NCBI GenBank assembly: GCA_041941795.1
Contig: CP145872.1
Location: forward strand, 420,001-452,000
Origin: Candidatus Saccharimonadota bacterium
Lineage (GTDB): Bacteria > Pseudomonadota > Gammaproteobacteria > Enterobacterales > Enterobacteriaceae
Length of the DNA: 32,000 nucleotides
Direction of reading: 5' to 3'
The notes under the pieces: generated by a model
The model's database searches: none
Seen by the model: only the letters and a program-made list of their open reading frames with translations
Told to the model about the DNA's origin: nothing
Position numbers and translations under genes: made by a program
In this document: one piece after another, positions 20,044 to 28,991 of the stretch
Layout: each line of letters starts with the position of its first letter
Position numbering within the stretch: the stretch's first letter is position 1

Positions 20044-20478
20044 TTAAGAAAGTAATAAACGAATTTTCAGGGATGCAGGATCTAAAACACCATTTATAAA
20101 CTTATAACTACTATCCTCTGAGCCAAATATTTTAGCTAATTCGATACCTTCATTAATAACTACTTTATAAGGAATTTCATTGCGATAAATAAGCTCAAAG
20201 AACGAAATTCTCAAAATTACTTTTTCTATTTGTCCTACATGCTCTAATCGGCGATTAATGTAAATTTTAATTAACTGATCTATCTCGGGATAATGATTCA
20301 CTACGCCGTGTAATAAGTCATGAAAATATATCACGTCTATATTTTTTCCCTTTAAGTCTGAAAGAAACTGATGTTCAATTTCGCTGATATCATTTCCTGA
20401 TAATTGCCATCCGTACAAGGCTTGGAGCGCACCCTCGCGAGCTCGTTTTCTATTTCTTTGGAATGAGGAGTTATTCAC
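20044..20478 (-). CDS. nusB: Transcription antitermination protein NusB
   Basis: 144 aa with a GTG start. ...[27 protein letters not shown]... and ...[49 protein letters not shown] are collinear with E. coli NusB. Confidence 0.94.
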   Translation of the reverse strand: MNNSSFQRNRKRAREGALQALYGWQLSGNDISEIEHQFLSDLKGKNIDVIYFHDLLHGVVNHYPEIDQLIKIYINRRLEHVGQIEKVILRISFFELIYRNEIPYKVVINEGIELAKIFGSEDSSYKFINGVLDPASLKIRLLLS

Positions 20479-20653
20479 AAGAATCTATAGTTAGATTATA
20501 TTCACAAATATTTTTTCTCTCAAATTTATACGATCACTGTTATTTGACTAATATCTTGGGATCGCGAAGAATAACAACGTTTATATTTGATGAGAGGATA
20601 AAATTATCTCAGTCAATAATATATTATTTATATATAATATATATGGTGTAAGA

Positions 20654-20729
20654 TGGTGCCCGGAGGTGGAATTGAACCACCGACACAGGGATTTTCAATC
20701 CCTTGCTCTACCAACTGAGCTATCCAGGC
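20654..20729 (-). tRNA. tRNA-Phe (anticodon GAA), CCA encoded
   Basis: Reverse complement: GCCTGGATAGCTCAGTTGGTAGAGCAAGGGATTGAAAATCCCTGTGTCGGTGGTTCAATTCCACCTCCGGGCACCA. Cloverleaf with anticodon loop TT-GAA-AA. Close to E. coli tRNA-Phe. Confidence 0.95.
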
Positions 20730-20801
20730 GGCCATTTAAATAAATTTTTTTTGGAGAATACTATTCTAGTTCTGATATTTTATTATCTTTCATATTAATG
20801 T

Positions 20802-21125
20802 TTACTGAGTACAATCAGTTATCCATGAAAGATATTGTTTATCCCCCATTGTAACTGATAATACTAATATTTCCGGCATTTTATATGGATGATGATTTTT
20901 AATAAAAAGTTGTAAGGATGATAACTTAACTGAATCTGTTTTTATTACCATTTGTACTTCTTGAGATATTTGAATCTTTCCCTCCCAGAAGTAGAAACTA
21001 GTAGCCTGACGCAGATTCGTAACACAAGCGGCTAGTCTTAACTGCAACATTTGTTCTGAAAATTGAAATGCCCACTTTTCATTAGGTACAGTACACAAAA
21101 CCAGAATGGTAGTGGGGTTATTCAT
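20802..21125 (-). CDS. cutA: Divalent-cation tolerance protein CutA
   Basis: 107 aa, ...ILVLCTVPNE..A...S..ML..RLAACVT......S.Y.WEGKI....EVQM.IKT...........IK.HHPY..PE.LVL.VT.GD..YLSW. Matches E. coli CutA. Confidence 0.9.
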   Translation of the reverse strand: MNNPTTILVLCTVPNEKWAFQFSEQMLQLRLAACVTNLRQATSFYFWEGKIQISQEVQMVIKTDSVKLSSLQLFIKNHHPYKMPEILVLSVTMGDKQYLSWITDCTQ

Positions 21126-21174
21126 CTTAATACTCCTTATGAGGAAGATAATTCCATGAAATTTTAGAAAAAAA

Positions 21175-23673
21175 TTATTTTAATATTGGTTCAATTACTC
21201 GTTGTAATCCTACTAAATGTTCATTGGGAGAGGTACGTATCAAAACTACTCCTTGAGTATTGCGACTAACAATACTAACTTCAGAAACTCGGGTTCGTAC
21301 TAGGGTGCCAGCATCTGTAATCATCATGATTTGATCTTCTTCTTCTACTTGTACTGCTCCAATTACTGATCCATTACGCTTAGTTACTTTTATGGAAATT
21401 ACTCCTTGAGTAGCCCGACATTTAAGAGGATATTCTTTAATAGAAGTTCGTTTACCATATCCATTTTTAGTGACTGTTAGGATATCTCCTTTTTCTTGCG
21501 GTATGATTAATGATACCACATGATCTTCAGATGACAGTTTTATTCCACGTACTCCCGAAGAACTACGACCCATAGGTCGTACAGTATATTCTTTAAATCG
21601 CACTACTTTACCAGCTGACGAAAATAGCATTACTTCATTAGTACCCCCAGTTATATCTACACCTATTAGCTCATCACCATGATTAAGATTAATAGCAATA
21701 ATACCGCTATTACGAGGTCTAATAAATTCAATTAATGGAGTTTTTTTAACTATGCCATTTGCAGTAGCCATAAATACATGTCGTCCTGCAACATATTCCT
21801 GTACCGGAAGGATTGTAGTAATACGTTCATTAGTATTTAATGGTAAAAGATTTATAATAGGTCTTCCTTTTGAACCGCTATTGGATTCTGGTAACTGATA
21901 TACCTTAAGCCAGTATAAACGACCAAAACTTGAAAAACATAGAATAGAATCATGTGTATTAGCTACTATAATTCGCTCTATATAATCTTCTTCTTTAATA
22001 GAAGCAGCAGATCTTCCTTTTCCGCCTCTATGTTGAGCTTCATATTCGGATATACGTTGATACTTAACATATCCTTGATGCGATAATGTAACTACTACTA
22101 CAGTTTTATTAATTAGATCTTCCAAATTCACATCTACCGTTTTAGCAGTAATTTCCGTCTGACGTTGATCACCAAACTGAGCTCTAATCTTTTCTAGTTC
22201 CTCCCGGATAACTTTCATTAAAATTTTAGGATTATTGAGAATATGATCAATCTTAGTAATTGTTACTAATAAATTTTCATGATCTTTTATCAAATGTTTC
22301 TGTTCTATACTAGTTAATTTATGTAAACGTAATTCTAATAAAGCTTGTACTTGTTTTACAGAAAGAAAATATTTTTCTTCTCGACTGCTATTATGGAGAT
22401 ATTGAGATAAATTATGTTCTTTTAAAGAAAAAGAATATGCTCTTAAAGTTGCTGTAGCTTCGACGGTATTTTTAGCATTACGAATTATTTCAATAATCGG
22501 ATCAATATTAATTAATGACACTATTAATCCCTCTAATATATGGGCACGTAATCGCGCTTTATGTAAATCAAAAATTAACCGTCTTGTAACTACTTCTCGA
22601 CGATGACTAATAAAAGCAGCAATAATATCTTTTAAGGATAAAAGTTTTGGTTTTCCCTGATCTAATGCTACCATATTAATACTAAAGGTAATTTCTAATG
22701 AGGTAAGATTATAAAGATTATTTAAAACTACTTGACTGAGAGCATCTCGTTTAATTTCAATGACTATCCTTATCCCATCTTTATCAGATTCATCACGTAA
22801 TGAACTAATTCCGGTAATCTGTTTTTCTCTTACTAATTCAGCAATTTTTTGCATTAATCGAGATTTATTCACTTGATATGGTATTTCAAAAAAGATCAGA
22901 GTTTCTCGTCCGGAGCGCAGATCTTTTTCTATTTTATAACGTGCTCGAATATAAATTTTTCCTCTACCAGTATGGTAGGCTTCTTGAATTCCACTACTAC
23001 CATTAATAATAGCAGCAGTCGGAAAATCTGGTCCCGGAATATGTTCTAGAAGTTCTGGAATACTAATATTCTCATTCTCTATATATGCCAGACATCCATT
23101 TATCACTTCTATTAAGTTATGTGGAGGAATATTAGTAGCCATCCCTACAGCAATGCCAGATGCACCATTAATTAATAAATTAGGTATTTTGGTAGGTAAG
23201 ACGACTGGTATTAGTTCATTTCCATCATAGTTAGGTACAAAATCCACAGTATCTTTGTCTAGATCGGACAACATTTCATGAGAAATTTTGGACATACGAA
23301 CTTCAGTGTAACGCATTGCTGCGGCTGAATCGCCATCAATTGAACCAAAATTTCCTTGACCATCTACTAAGATATAACGTAATGAGAAAGGTTGTGCCAT
23401 TCTAACTAAAGCATCATATACCGCCATATCACCATGAGGATGGTATTTACCGATTACATCACCAACTATCCGCGCAGACTTTTTATAAGTTCGATTCCAA
23501 TCATTACCTAATATATGCATAGCATAAAGAATACGACGATGTACAGGTTTTAATCCATCTCTAACATCAGGTAATGCGCGTCCTACTATTACTGACATCG
23601 CGTAATTTAAATATGATTTTTCTAATTCTTCTTCAATTTTAATAGGTATAATTTCACTTGTCAGCTTATTCAT
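21175..23673 (-). CDS. gyrA: DNA gyrase subunit A (lacks the acidic C-terminal tail of E. coli GyrA)
   Basis: 832 aa, collinear with E. coli GyrA (N-terminus …[32 protein letters not shown]…, active-site region AAMRYTE, GyrA-box QHRGGKG). It ends …[12 protein letters not shown], where E. coli continues with about 35 acidic residues. Confidence 0.98.
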   Translation of the reverse strand: MNKLTSEIIPIKIEEELEKSYLNYAMSVIVGRALPDVRDGLKPVHRRILYAMHILGNDWNRTYKKSARIVGDVIGKYHPHGDMAVYDALVRMAQPFSLRYILVDGQGNFGSIDGDSAAAMRYTEVRMSKISHEMLSDLDKDTVDFVPNYDGNELIPVVLPTKIPNLLINGASGIAVGMATNIPPHNLIEVINGCLAYIENENISIPELLEHIPGPDFPTAAIINGSSGIQEAYHTGRGKIYIRARYKIEKDLRSGRETLIFFEIPYQVNKSRLMQKIAELVREKQITGISSLRDESDKDGIRIVIEIKRDALSQVVLNNLYNLTSLEITFSINMVALDQGKPKLLSLKDIIAAFISHRREVVTRRLIFDLHKARLRAHILEGLIVSLINIDPIIEIIRNAKNTVEATATLRAYSFSLKEHNLSQYLHNSSREEKYFLSVKQVQALLELRLHKLTSIEQKHLIKDHENLLVTITKIDHILNNPKILMKVIREELEKIRAQFGDQRQTEITAKTVDVNLEDLINKTVVVVTLSHQGYVKYQRISEYEAQHRGGKGRSAASIKEEDYIERIIVANTHDSILCFSSFGRLYWLKVYQLPESNSGSKGRPIINLLPLNTNERITTILPVQEYVAGRHVFMATANGIVKKTPLIEFIRPRNSGIIAINLNHGDELIGVDITGGTNEVMLFSSAGKVVRFKEYTVRPMGRSSSGVRGIKLSSEDHVVSLIIPQEKGDILTVTKNGYGKRTSIKEYPLKCRATQGVISIKVTKRNGSVIGAVQVEEEDQIMMITDAGTLVRTRVSEVSIVSRNTQGVVLIRTSPNEHLVGLQRVIEPILK

Positions 23674-23939
23674 GAAGCTCAGAGTCCTCAGTAGGATAGT
23701 AAGAGGTATATTTTAATGGATAATAAATTATTATCTATCTAGTAGATAATTCAACAAAGATGAACTTAGAAATAAATTCTATTTAATAAAAATGATATTA
23801 TATCTAATATATTATATCACTTTATACTTACATAAGTAAAGTATTTGTTTTTTTAGAAGAATGATTCTCTTCATATTTCTAGTTTTGTTCAGAGGATGTA
23901 AATATAAAATTATCGAATAATATTGAGGATGAATATTGG

Positions 23940-24386
23940 ATGAACTGGGCGTTGAAATTAGCTAATCACGCCGGGAAGTTAGGTGAAGTACCAGTGGGAG
24001 CTGTTCTAGTTCGAAATCAAATTCTATTAAGTGAAGGATGGAATTCTAGCATTAGTTTCCATGATCCAACCGCTCATGCTGAAATTATAGCTTTACGACG
24101 TGGAGGAGAGATATTATCTAACTATAGATTGCTCAATACCACTCTTTATGTCACTCTAGAACCATGTTTAATGTGTATGGGAGCTATACTACATAGTAGG
24201 CTTACGCGTTTAGTATTTGGCGCTTATGATAAGAAATATGGAGCTACTAAATTATTTCAAGAGAAAAAGATATTGGAATTTCATCATCCATTAAAATTAA
24301 CAGGCAATGTATTAGGCATAACATGTAGTAATTTGTTAAAAAAATTTTTTCACCATTGTCGACAGAAAAAATCCAGTCCTAATTAG
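23940..24386 (+). CDS. tadA: tRNA-specific adenosine deaminase TadA
   Basis: 148 aa with deaminase motifs ...EVPVGAVLV..., DPTAHAEI.ALR and LYVTLEPCLMCMGAI. GAGGA lies 10 nt upstream of the ATG. The in-frame upstream codons read EDEYW (cf. E. coli HEYWM), but no ATG/GTG/TTG lies between them and the upstream stop. Confidence 0.93.
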   Translation: MNWALKLANHAGKLGEVPVGAVLVRNQILLSEGWNSSISFHDPTAHAEIIALRRGGEILSNYRLLNTTLYVTLEPCLMCMGAILHSRLTRLVFGAYDKKYGATKLFQEKKILEFHHPLKLTGNVLGITCSNLLKKFFHHCRQKKSSPN

Positions 24387-24839
24387 ATAATTAAATATGG
24401 TTACTATTATTAGATAATAACTTCTAATAAGAACATAGGATGAGATTAACTATTGAGAGTCTAGAAGAGACTAATATCAATTTAGTGAGATAAAAAAATA
24501 AAATCAATTCCAAAAGGGAAGCAATTTCAAAGGTGAAAAAAAATATTCTTCTTACTCTAAGATGATACAGCGTCATAAGGTGCGACTAAAAGATAGTGTA
24601 AACAGCAGTCTGAAGGAAGATGAACTCAATAAATATCTTGGAAACATTTTATGTTCTTAGATTATGTTTTTTATTTGATAATAAACTACTAACTATTTTG
24701 GCCTCTTATAATAAAGACGACCAAAATATAATTATGAAATTTGTATTCTTTCAGTTATTCTTCTTATTTACAGTAGCTTTTCGTAATTTTGACATTTTAA
24801 ATTATCATTAGTTTTTTTATATGGTTGCTGAGTTATAAA

Positions 24840-25616
24840 CTAATAATTATTAACTAAAAATTTTAATAATGCTCTTAAATTACGTGGGGTACTAGCTGCT
24901 ACAAAATTATCCTTTTTAAGGTAATTGTGTCCCCCATTAAAATCTGCTACTAAACCTCCTGCTTCACATATGATTAACATACCGGCCGCAATTTCTTCCA
25001 TACTTACACCCATTATAAAATATCCATCCATTCGTCCTGCTGCTACATAGGCTAAATCTAGGATCCTAGCTCCGGTACTACGAATTTCTGCACCCTGTAC
25101 AATCATCTTGTGGACTAATTTTATATAAGCATCACCATCTTTGTGGTACATTTTTGAAGAATATTCGGTTCCCACAATCATATTATTTATGGTCCGATCG
25201 AATGTACTTCGCCTCAAACGATATGCATTTAATTGAGAACCTTGTCCGCGAGCCGCCGTGAATAACTCATTACGCATAAAGTCATAAATAACTGCTATTT
25301 CAGTTCTATTTTTTATTCGAACAGCTACCGAAATGCTAAAATGCGGAAATTTTTTTCCAAAATTTATAACACCATCGAGGCTAGTAATTATCCATTGAAT
25401 CTCTGAATCTTCCTCAAGATATTCAGAATAAATAGCATGATCGGGATAAGCTTGATGAATAACATCAATAATTATCTTTCTGGCTAATTTTAGCATATGA
25501 GATATCATAGAAAAATTTCTTTGTGGGTTAATAACATCAATTTTTTCATATCTTTCCGTAAGAAAATTACTAGCTTTACGTATAGCCCGGACTGCAATGT
25601 TAAGAATGGGATGCAT
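24840..25616 (-). CDS. suhB: SuhB (inositol-monophosphatase family / Nus-factor), with substituted metal-site motifs
   Basis: MHPILNIAVRAIRKA... equals the E. coli SuhB N-terminus (MHPMLNIAVRAARKA). Start set at ATG 25616, with GGAG 8 nt upstream; the track start at 25628 is a GTG. Collinear throughout (…PHFSISVAVRIKNRTEIAVIYDFMRNELFTAARGQG…LDLAYVAAGRMDGYF…GGHNY). Confidence 0.93.
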   Translation of the reverse strand: MHPILNIAVRAIRKASNFLTERYEKIDVINPQRNFSMISHMLKLARKIIIDVIHQAYPDHAIYSEYLEEDSEIQWIITSLDGVINFGKKFPHFSISVAVRIKNRTEIAVIYDFMRNELFTAARGQGSQLNAYRLRRSTFDRTINNMIVGTEYSSKMYHKDGDAYIKLVHKMIVQGAEIRSTGARILDLAYVAAGRMDGYFIMGVSMEEIAAGMLIICEAGGLVADFNGGHNYLKKDNFVAASTPRNLRALLKFLVNNY

Positions 25617-25714
25617 TATACTCTCCACTGAGTTAAGTATTTTACGTGGTAAGTCTTCGATACCTTTCGTTTTCAGATAAAAAGAAAAAAATTTATGTTT
25701 AAATAAATCATTGT

Positions 25715-25739
25715 TTAGTTGACTAAAATACTAAAGTAT
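25715..25739 (+). promoter_or_regulatory. Candidate IscR type-1 binding site (contains a TTGACT -35-like hexamer)
   Basis: TTAGTTGACTAAAATACTAAAGTAT matches the type-1 IscR consensus as I remember it (ATASYYGACTRWWWYAGTCRRSTAT) at 22 of 25 positions. It lies 78-102 nt upstream of the iscR ATG. Confidence 0.45.
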
Positions 25740-25816
25740 GAGAATTATTCTAATAATATAAAAATTATAAAGTAAATAATCTCTCTTGCAAGAGAGATGC
25801 TATCAAGGTGTGGTAA

Positions 25817-26233
25817 ATGAAGCTTACATCTAAGGGTTATTATGCAGTAACAGCTATCCTGGATCTGGCTATGCATTCTAAGGGACAACCAGTATCGTTA
25901 GCACAAATTGCTCATCGGCAAGGCATTTCCCTTTCCTATTTAGAACAGTTATTTACTCGCTTACGTAAAAATAAATTAGTATGCAGTGTGCGCGGACCAG
26001 GCGGAGGATATCTTTTAGGTAAAAAGGTACACGAAATTACTGTCAGCGCAGTCATGATGGCAGTGGAAGAAGTTCTAGATGCCACTAAATGTCATGGAAA
26101 AAAAAATTGTCATAATGGACAACAATGTTTTACTCATAAATTATGGACAGATCTTAGTACTATAGTAAATCTTTTCTTAAATAAGATGACTTTAGCAGAA
26201 TTAATTCATTCTAATTCTCGAATAATCCAATAA
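25817..26233 (+). CDS. iscR: Fe-S cluster assembly transcriptional regulator IscR (Rrf2 family), C-terminally shorter than E. coli
   Basis: 138 aa, [17 protein letters not shown]......[41 protein letters not shown]. Cluster ligands are retained (C-x5-C-x5-C-x2-H: [16 protein letters not shown]). Confidence 0.95.
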   Translation: MKLTSKGYYAVTAILDLAMHSKGQPVSLAQIAHRQGISLSYLEQLFTRLRKNKLVCSVRGPGGGYLLGKKVHEITVSAVMMAVEEVLDATKCHGKKNCHNGQQCFTHKLWTDLSTIVNLFLNKMTLAELIHSNSRIIQ

Positions 26234-26386
26234 AAATAATAAATAATTGTGGAAATTAGAACTTAGAATTTTCGTAGATAAGAAAGGGTGTATATATTTC
26301 CATTATATGATTTCGGAGATAGAGAGTAAATACCAAAATTCATGTGACCAAAAATAAGAATTGTTTAGAACAAAATGGAGTTTTTA

Positions 26387-27601
26387 ATGAAATTACCAAT
26401 TTATTTGGATTATTCAGCTACAACGCCTATAGATCCTCGAGTAACTGAAAAAATGATGTCTTATATGACTAAAGAGGGAATTTTTGGTAATCCGGCCTCC
26501 CGATCTCATAGTTTTGGATGGCAAGCAGAGAAAGCCGTAGACAATGCCCGCAATACCATCGCAGAACTCATCGGTGCAGATGCCCGAGAAATTATATTTA
26601 CTTCCGGAGCTACTGAATCGGATAATTTAGCTATTAAAGGAATAGCATATTTTTATTCTTATAAAGGTAAGCATATTATTACAAGTAAAATTGAACATAA
26701 AGCAGTATTAGATACCTGTAGATACTTAGAACGAAAAGGTTTTCAAGTTACTTATTTATCTCCCACCAAAAGTGGAATTATTGAGGTAGAGCAGTTAGAG
26801 AATGCAATCCGCTCAGATACCATCTTAGTGTCCATTATGCATGTTAATAATGAAATCGGTGTGGTGCAAGATATTGCATCCATTGGAGAATTATGTCGTC
26901 AATATAACGTAATCTACCATGTAGATGGAACCCAGAGTGTCGGAAAACTGCCCATTGATCTCCGCATAATTAAGGTAGATTTATTATCTTTTTCAGCACA
27001 CAAGATTTATGGACCTAAAGGAATCGGAGTATTATATGTACGTCGTAAACCACGAATTCGTCTAGAAGCCCAAATTCATGGAGGAGGGCATCAAAGAGGA
27101 ATGCGGTCAGGAACTTTACCTGTCCATCAAATTGTAGGAATAGGTGAAGCATGTCGCATTGCTAAAGAAGAAATGATAATAGAAATGGAACGTTTACGTA
27201 AGCTACGGAATTTACTTTGGAATGGAATGAGTATAATTGACTCAGTATATGTTAATGGCTCTCTGGAGAATAGTATCGCAAATATATTAAATGTAAGTTT
27301 TAATTATGTAGAAGGCGAATCTCTTATTATGGCTCTCAAAGATATCGCAGTATCTTCCGGTTCGGCGTGTACTTCTGCTAGTTTAGAACCATCATATGTA
27401 TTAAAAGCATTAGGTCTTAATGAGGAATTAGCGCATAGCTCTATAAGATTTTCCCTAGGACGTTTTACTACTATGGAAGAAATTCAATATACCATTGAAT
27501 TAGTACGTAAGCATATTAGTCATTTGCGAGAAATGTCTCCTTTATGGGAGATGTACCAACAGGGAATAGATATCAACAGTGTAAAATGGAAAAATTCCTA
27601 A
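26387..27601 (+). CDS. iscS: Cysteine desulfurase IscS
   Basis: [19 protein letters not shown]... equals the E. coli IscS N-terminus, so the start is set at ATG 26387 (GGAG 6 nt upstream) rather than the track's 26375. Has the PLP-lysine region [12 protein letters not shown] and the active-site loop [16 protein letters not shown]. Confidence 0.97.
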   Translation: MKLPIYLDYSATTPIDPRVTEKMMSYMTKEGIFGNPASRSHSFGWQAEKAVDNARNTIAELIGADAREIIFTSGATESDNLAIKGIAYFYSYKGKHIITSKIEHKAVLDTCRYLERKGFQVTYLSPTKSGIIEVEQLENAIRSDTILVSIMHVNNEIGVVQDIASIGELCRQYNVIYHVDGTQSVGKLPIDLRIIKVDLLSFSAHKIYGPKGIGVLYVRRKPRIRLEAQIHGGGHQRGMRSGTLPVHQIVGIGEACRIAKEEMIIEMERLRKLRNLLWNGMSIIDSVYVNGSLENSIANILNVSFNYVEGESLIMALKDIAVSSGSACTSASLEPSYVLKALGLNEELAHSSIRFSLGRFTTMEEIQYTIELVRKHISHLREMSPLWEMYQQGIDINSVKWKNS

Positions 27602-27665
27602 ATTTTAGTCGTATTACGTAGTTCAGAAATAAATATTTTCATTAATTTTAGTAAGGAAAAATAAT

Positions 27666-28052
27666 ATGTCTTATAGTAAAAAAGTTATCGATCACTATGA
27701 AAATCCTAGAAATGTCGGATCTTTTGATGGTACCGATTCTACGGTAGGAAGCGGGATGGTAGGAGCGCCAGCTTGTGGAGATGTTATGAAATTACAAATT
27801 AAGGTTAATCAGCTGGGAATTATTGAAGATGCTCGTTTTAAAACTTATGGATGTGGATCTGCCATTGCTTCTAGTTCCTTAGTTACTGAATGGGTAAAAG
27901 GAAAATCTTTGGAACAAGCAGAAAAAATTAAGAATATTCACATTGCTCAGGAGTTAGAGTTACCCCCGGTCAAACTGCATTGTTCTATTTTAGCGGAAGA
28001 TGCTATTAAAGCGGCTATTGCAGATTATAAAGATAAAAATTTGACTCACTGA
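27666..28052 (+). CDS. iscU: Fe-S cluster scaffold IscU
   Basis: 128 aa, ...YENPRNVGSFD...GAPACGDVMKLQIKV...FKTYGCGSAIASSSL...LPPVKLHCS.LAEDAIKAAI.DYK. Three Cys ligands and the LPPVK chaperone-recognition motif are present. Confidence 0.98.
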   Translation: MSYSKKVIDHYENPRNVGSFDGTDSTVGSGMVGAPACGDVMKLQIKVNQLGIIEDARFKTYGCGSAIASSSLVTEWVKGKSLEQAEKIKNIHIAQELELPPVKLHCSILAEDAIKAAIADYKDKNLTH

Positions 28053-28070
28053 AACATTCAAGGTTAAATA

Positions 28071-28397
28071 ATGATGATCATTAGTTTAACTCACCGTGCA
28101 GCGACACATATTACTAATCTTTTAAAAAAAAGAGGTAAGGGTTTAGGATTACGGATAGGAGTACGTACCTCTGGTTGTACAGGAATGGCATATGTATTAG
28201 AATTCGTAGATAAACTTACTCCGGATGATATAGTTATCGAAGATAAGGAAATTAAAATTTACATCGATAAAAAAAGTTTTTTATATATTAATGGGACAGT
28301 AGTAGATTTTGTAAAAGAAGAATTAACTGAAGGTTTCAAATTTAATAATCCTAATGTCAAATATAGATGTGGTTGTGGTGAAAGTTTTAGCGTTTAA
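28071..28397 (+). CDS. iscA: Fe-S cluster insertion protein IscA (A-type carrier)
   Basis: 108 aa, ...[22 protein letters not shown]...[23 protein letters not shown]-x(n)-C-G-C ligands are conserved. Confidence 0.97.
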   Translation: MMIISLTHRAATHITNLLKKRGKGLGLRIGVRTSGCTGMAYVLEFVDKLTPDDIVIEDKEIKIYIDKKSFLYINGTVVDFVKEELTEGFKFNNPNVKYRCGCGESFSV

Positions 28398-28442
28398 TAT
28401 TAAAATTTTAAAAGAAAATTAAAAGATATTTTTTATATTAAT

Positions 28443-28952
28443 ATGAACTATTTTGATGTATTTCAATTACCAGTTAATTTTAAGATTGACAGTGAATTAC
28501 TGTCCACGCGTTTTTATGATTTACAACGTAAATTTCATCCAGATCGTTATCTTAATTTTTCGCCTCCAGAAAAATTATATTCTTTACAACAATCATCTTT
28601 GCTTAATAAAGCATGGCAAGTATTGCGTAATCCTTTGTTACGTGCCGAATATTTACTCACTCTTTATGGGTTCAAGATAGGTCAGTGTACTCTGAAAGAT
28701 ACAAATTTTTTAAGAGAACAAATAAAATTACACGAAGAATGTGAAAATCTAGAAAAAACACTGGATGTGAAAAAAATAAATGAATTTTCGGGTAGAATTG
28801 ATATAACTTTACAAGAGTTACATCAGCAGATGGAGTTTGCTATGGAAAATCAACAGTGGGCAAGAGCAGTGGACATTATCCACCAAATACATTTCTATAA
28901 TAGAATTCGGAGAAATATTGAAGAATTAGAAAATCAAGAATTAGAATTTTAA
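28443..28952 (+). CDS. hscB: Fe-S co-chaperone HscB (J-protein)
   Basis: 169 aa, MNYFDVFQLP..F.ID...LS.RF.DLQRKFHPDR (HPD motif) ...A.Q.L..PL.RAEYLL.L.G. Collinear with E. coli HscB. Confidence 0.93.
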   Translation: MNYFDVFQLPVNFKIDSELLSTRFYDLQRKFHPDRYLNFSPPEKLYSLQQSSLLNKAWQVLRNPLLRAEYLLTLYGFKIGQCTLKDTNFLREQIKLHEECENLEKTLDVKKINEFSGRIDITLQELHQQMEFAMENQQWARAVDIIHQIHFYNRIRRNIEELENQELEF

Positions 28953-28991
28953 AAAATTACTAACTAAAAATTAGTGGAAAATAAATAAAAT

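Noticed and set aside
20495-20523. TTGAGA-17-TATAAT on the minus strand, 17 nt upstream of the nusB GTG, as a nusB promoter.
   Set aside because: It would leave a leader of about 10 nt with no SD, and such hexamer pairs arise readily in DNA that is about 70% AT. It is kept only as a note, not as a feature.
20463-20651. 62-codon ORF between nusB and tRNA-Phe, and a 63-codon ORF at 24620-24811.
   Set aside because: Both are intergenic with low-complexity hydrophobic or Asn-rich sequence, no SD and no family resemblance. The first also overlaps the nusB start on the opposite strand.
23883-23939. Possible upstream non-canonical start for tadA, because the in-frame codons just upstream read EDEYW, like E. 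coli TadA HEYWM.
   Set aside because: Between the upstream in-frame TAG (23880-23882) and ATG 23940 there is no ATG, GTG or TTG, and a GAGGA sits 10 nt before ATG 23940. This is more simply explained as a recently truncated N-terminus.
26250-26302. 7-bp inverted repeat TGGAAAT…ATTTCCA spanning 39 nt in the iscR-iscS spacer, considered as an analogue of the structured E. coli iscR-iscS intergenic element targeted by RyhB.
   Set aside because: The stem is short and the loop long. I cannot evaluate covariation and saw no recognisable RyhB pairing site. It is too weak to call.
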